NCBI GenBank assembly: GCA_051362555.1
Contig: CM120640.1
Span: 22,926,225 to 22,990,224, forward strand
Direction of reading: 5' to 3'
Length of the DNA: 64,000 nucleotides
DNA from: Lingula anatina
Taxonomy: Eukaryota; Animalia; Brachiopoda
Below, one piece after another: positions 63,001 through 64,000 of the stretch. The notes beneath the pieces were generated by a model. It searched no databases, had not been told where the DNA came from, and saw only the letters and a program-made list of their open reading frames with translations. The first letter of the stretch is position 1. Every line of letters begins with the position of its first letter. A program made the position numbers and the translations under genes.

Positions 63001-63688
63001 GCTTTTTGTAAGATCTTGTAACTTTCGGTGGGAATTCTGAACTAGATTCCTTGTGGTTTATATCAGTTTGATCCTCCAATTTGGATTTTGGACTTTCAGG
63101 TTTATCTGAGTCTCTATCATTTTGTTTATTATCTACATCTTTTTTTGTTTCGATGTCACTTTTTTCTGGTTCATTTTTAATATCTTTTAAAATAGCCTTC
63201 CCCTTAGGAGCAACTGCTGGCTTAGCTGGGAGTAAGGGTTTACCATCATTTTTTAAAACAACATCATTTTTCTGAAATATATCTGGAATCTTTAACTGGC
63301 TATTCCGTTTGTTCTTTGATGTTGAATCCGAGTCCGGAGACACAGCTTGTGATGTTTCAGTTATTTCTGTAGAAGATTCCTGTCTTTTGAAAGAGTCATT
63401 TTCATTGACACTATTACCTGTCTTTTTCAAACTTTTAAGCCTTGATGCAAGTTCGTTATTTACTGATAACTCAACTCCATTATTTTTTGTTGAATTTGCA
63501 ACTGGTTTTGCAGGAAAAGAAGGTTTGACTGCCAAGCTAGGCTTCTGTGCTGTTAATGGCTTAGGCCCAGTTGGTTTAGGTGCTTTCCAAGGTTTTGGTC
63601 CAGTTCCTGGTTTTGTTTGACCAATTCCCTGCTGGTCAAACATGGACTTTAATGCACCAATGCCCACTGGCTTTCTAGATTCTACTCC
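54096..63688 (-). CDS. FYN-binding protein (FYB/ADAP/PRAM1 family)-like adaptor, 5'-partial, 628 aa within the window
   Basis: Phase-consistent GT-AG exons on the minus strand: 63688-62743, 60256-60178, 59799-59654, 59438-59401, 59107-59040, 58761-58626, 58459-58430, 57613-57530, 56944-56785, 55688-55636, 55003-54936, 54440-54385, 54118-54096 (TAA). Features: ALKSMF, KP-rich N-terminus, LPSFASIGVKPPAKPPR (similar to ADAP LPPLFTLGPPPPKPNRP), EVYDDV/EIYQDV/EIYEEL, Lys/Glu-rich helix, helically extended SH3. Confidence 0.85.
55636..57613 (-). other. Helically extended SH3 (hSH3) domain of the FYB-like protein
   Basis: KELHARFN|LTGTETVINSGTIMAAQKGDKKNLALAENDKVFIIRMENNPAGKWLAKDIHGK|VGYVDSGSIDIDTESIR, which parallels the first ADAP hSH3 (FKLTG...KNELS...IIR...NPEGKWL...YGY...EIDYDSLK). 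Confidence 0.85.
60322..61312. repeat. Long inverted duplication in a FYB-like intron (arms about 60322-60683 and 61045-61312)
   Basis: CTGTTTTAGAACCTTATGAAATTTCGACATTCAAAT and CTGTCATCTTCATCGGTCTCCATGCAATATACAGGTGGCGTG reappear reverse-complemented; the right arm lacks roughly 100 bp. Confidence 0.85.
61313..61557 (+). mobile_element. 5'-truncated RTE-clade LINE, 3' end
   Basis: Decayed peptide IIRLPAERHAKTAMTWVPPGGKRKQSRLRITSRRTFQNDLQ..W...AAADR..LKKFAAQC matches the RTE ORF C-terminus (WxPxGKRxRGRPxxTWRR...W...AxDR); ends in a TAAG-type repeat tail (TAAGTACTAAGTAAGTA). Confidence 0.85.
61651..61872. mobile_element. Degenerate fold-back MITE
   Basis: Imperfect IR: TTCCCATAAACCC...GCTAG..GATCGATCTA.CTCTGAAGGGA..TCGCTAAATTG versus CAATTTGGTGAGAGTCCCCTCAGAGATAGATCG..CTGCTAG...GGGTTATGGGAA. 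Confidence 0.55.
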
Positions 63689-64000
63689 CTAAGATGAATA
63701 AATACAAAAAATAAAAGACATGACAAAACAAATCAAGAAGTACTTACATCATAACAATCACTATTATATAATGAATACGCTTCTAGATAACTAAAACGCT
63801 TCACAAGTACATATTACAGTACGTAAATGAACTTTAATCACTTCCATACTGGTAAATACACATATACATAAACATAAAATTATTTAGAGGTCTACCATCT
63901 CCATGAGCTATAGTTTATTACTTTGTAGGAATGTAATTAGGTCCTCATGTATAAAACATGATGTTAATACACCCCAAAGTGAATAAAATATTTCACTCTC

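Noticed and set aside
62609-63667. ORF-track 352-aa protein as a stand-alone gene
   Set aside because: It is an internal exon (63688-62743) bounded by acceptor and donor sites; the GTG start and hydrophobic tail are artefacts.

Overview
AT-rich animal genomic DNA with GT-AG spliceosomal introns. It is probably an invertebrate with mosaic CpG methylation; the species cannot be determined from the sequence. Four protein-coding loci were reconstructed by hand. (1) A + strand MAST-family Ser/Thr kinase (DUF1908, AGC kinase, PDZ): 26 phase-consistent coding exons from 1774 to 36458, about 1467 aa, plus candidate alternative first exons. (2) An intronless 1524-aa low-complexity protein (39714-44288) that I cannot assign to a family, built from recurring short motifs. 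(3) An intronless SETD3/SETD6/Rubisco-LSMT-class SET-domain methyltransferase (50292-51524) with a non-canonical NT in place of the NH motif. (4) A - strand FYB/ADAP-like adaptor: 13 exons from 63688 down to 54096, with its 5' end outside the window. Introns carry several MITEs, a Helentron-associated (HINE/DINE-like) element, an RTE-clade LINE 3' fragment next to an inverted duplication, and microsatellites. I found no rRNA, tRNA, CRISPR or prokaryotic system. The best novelty candidate is the 1524-aa motif-repeat protein. All family assignments come from recalled motifs, not database searches.
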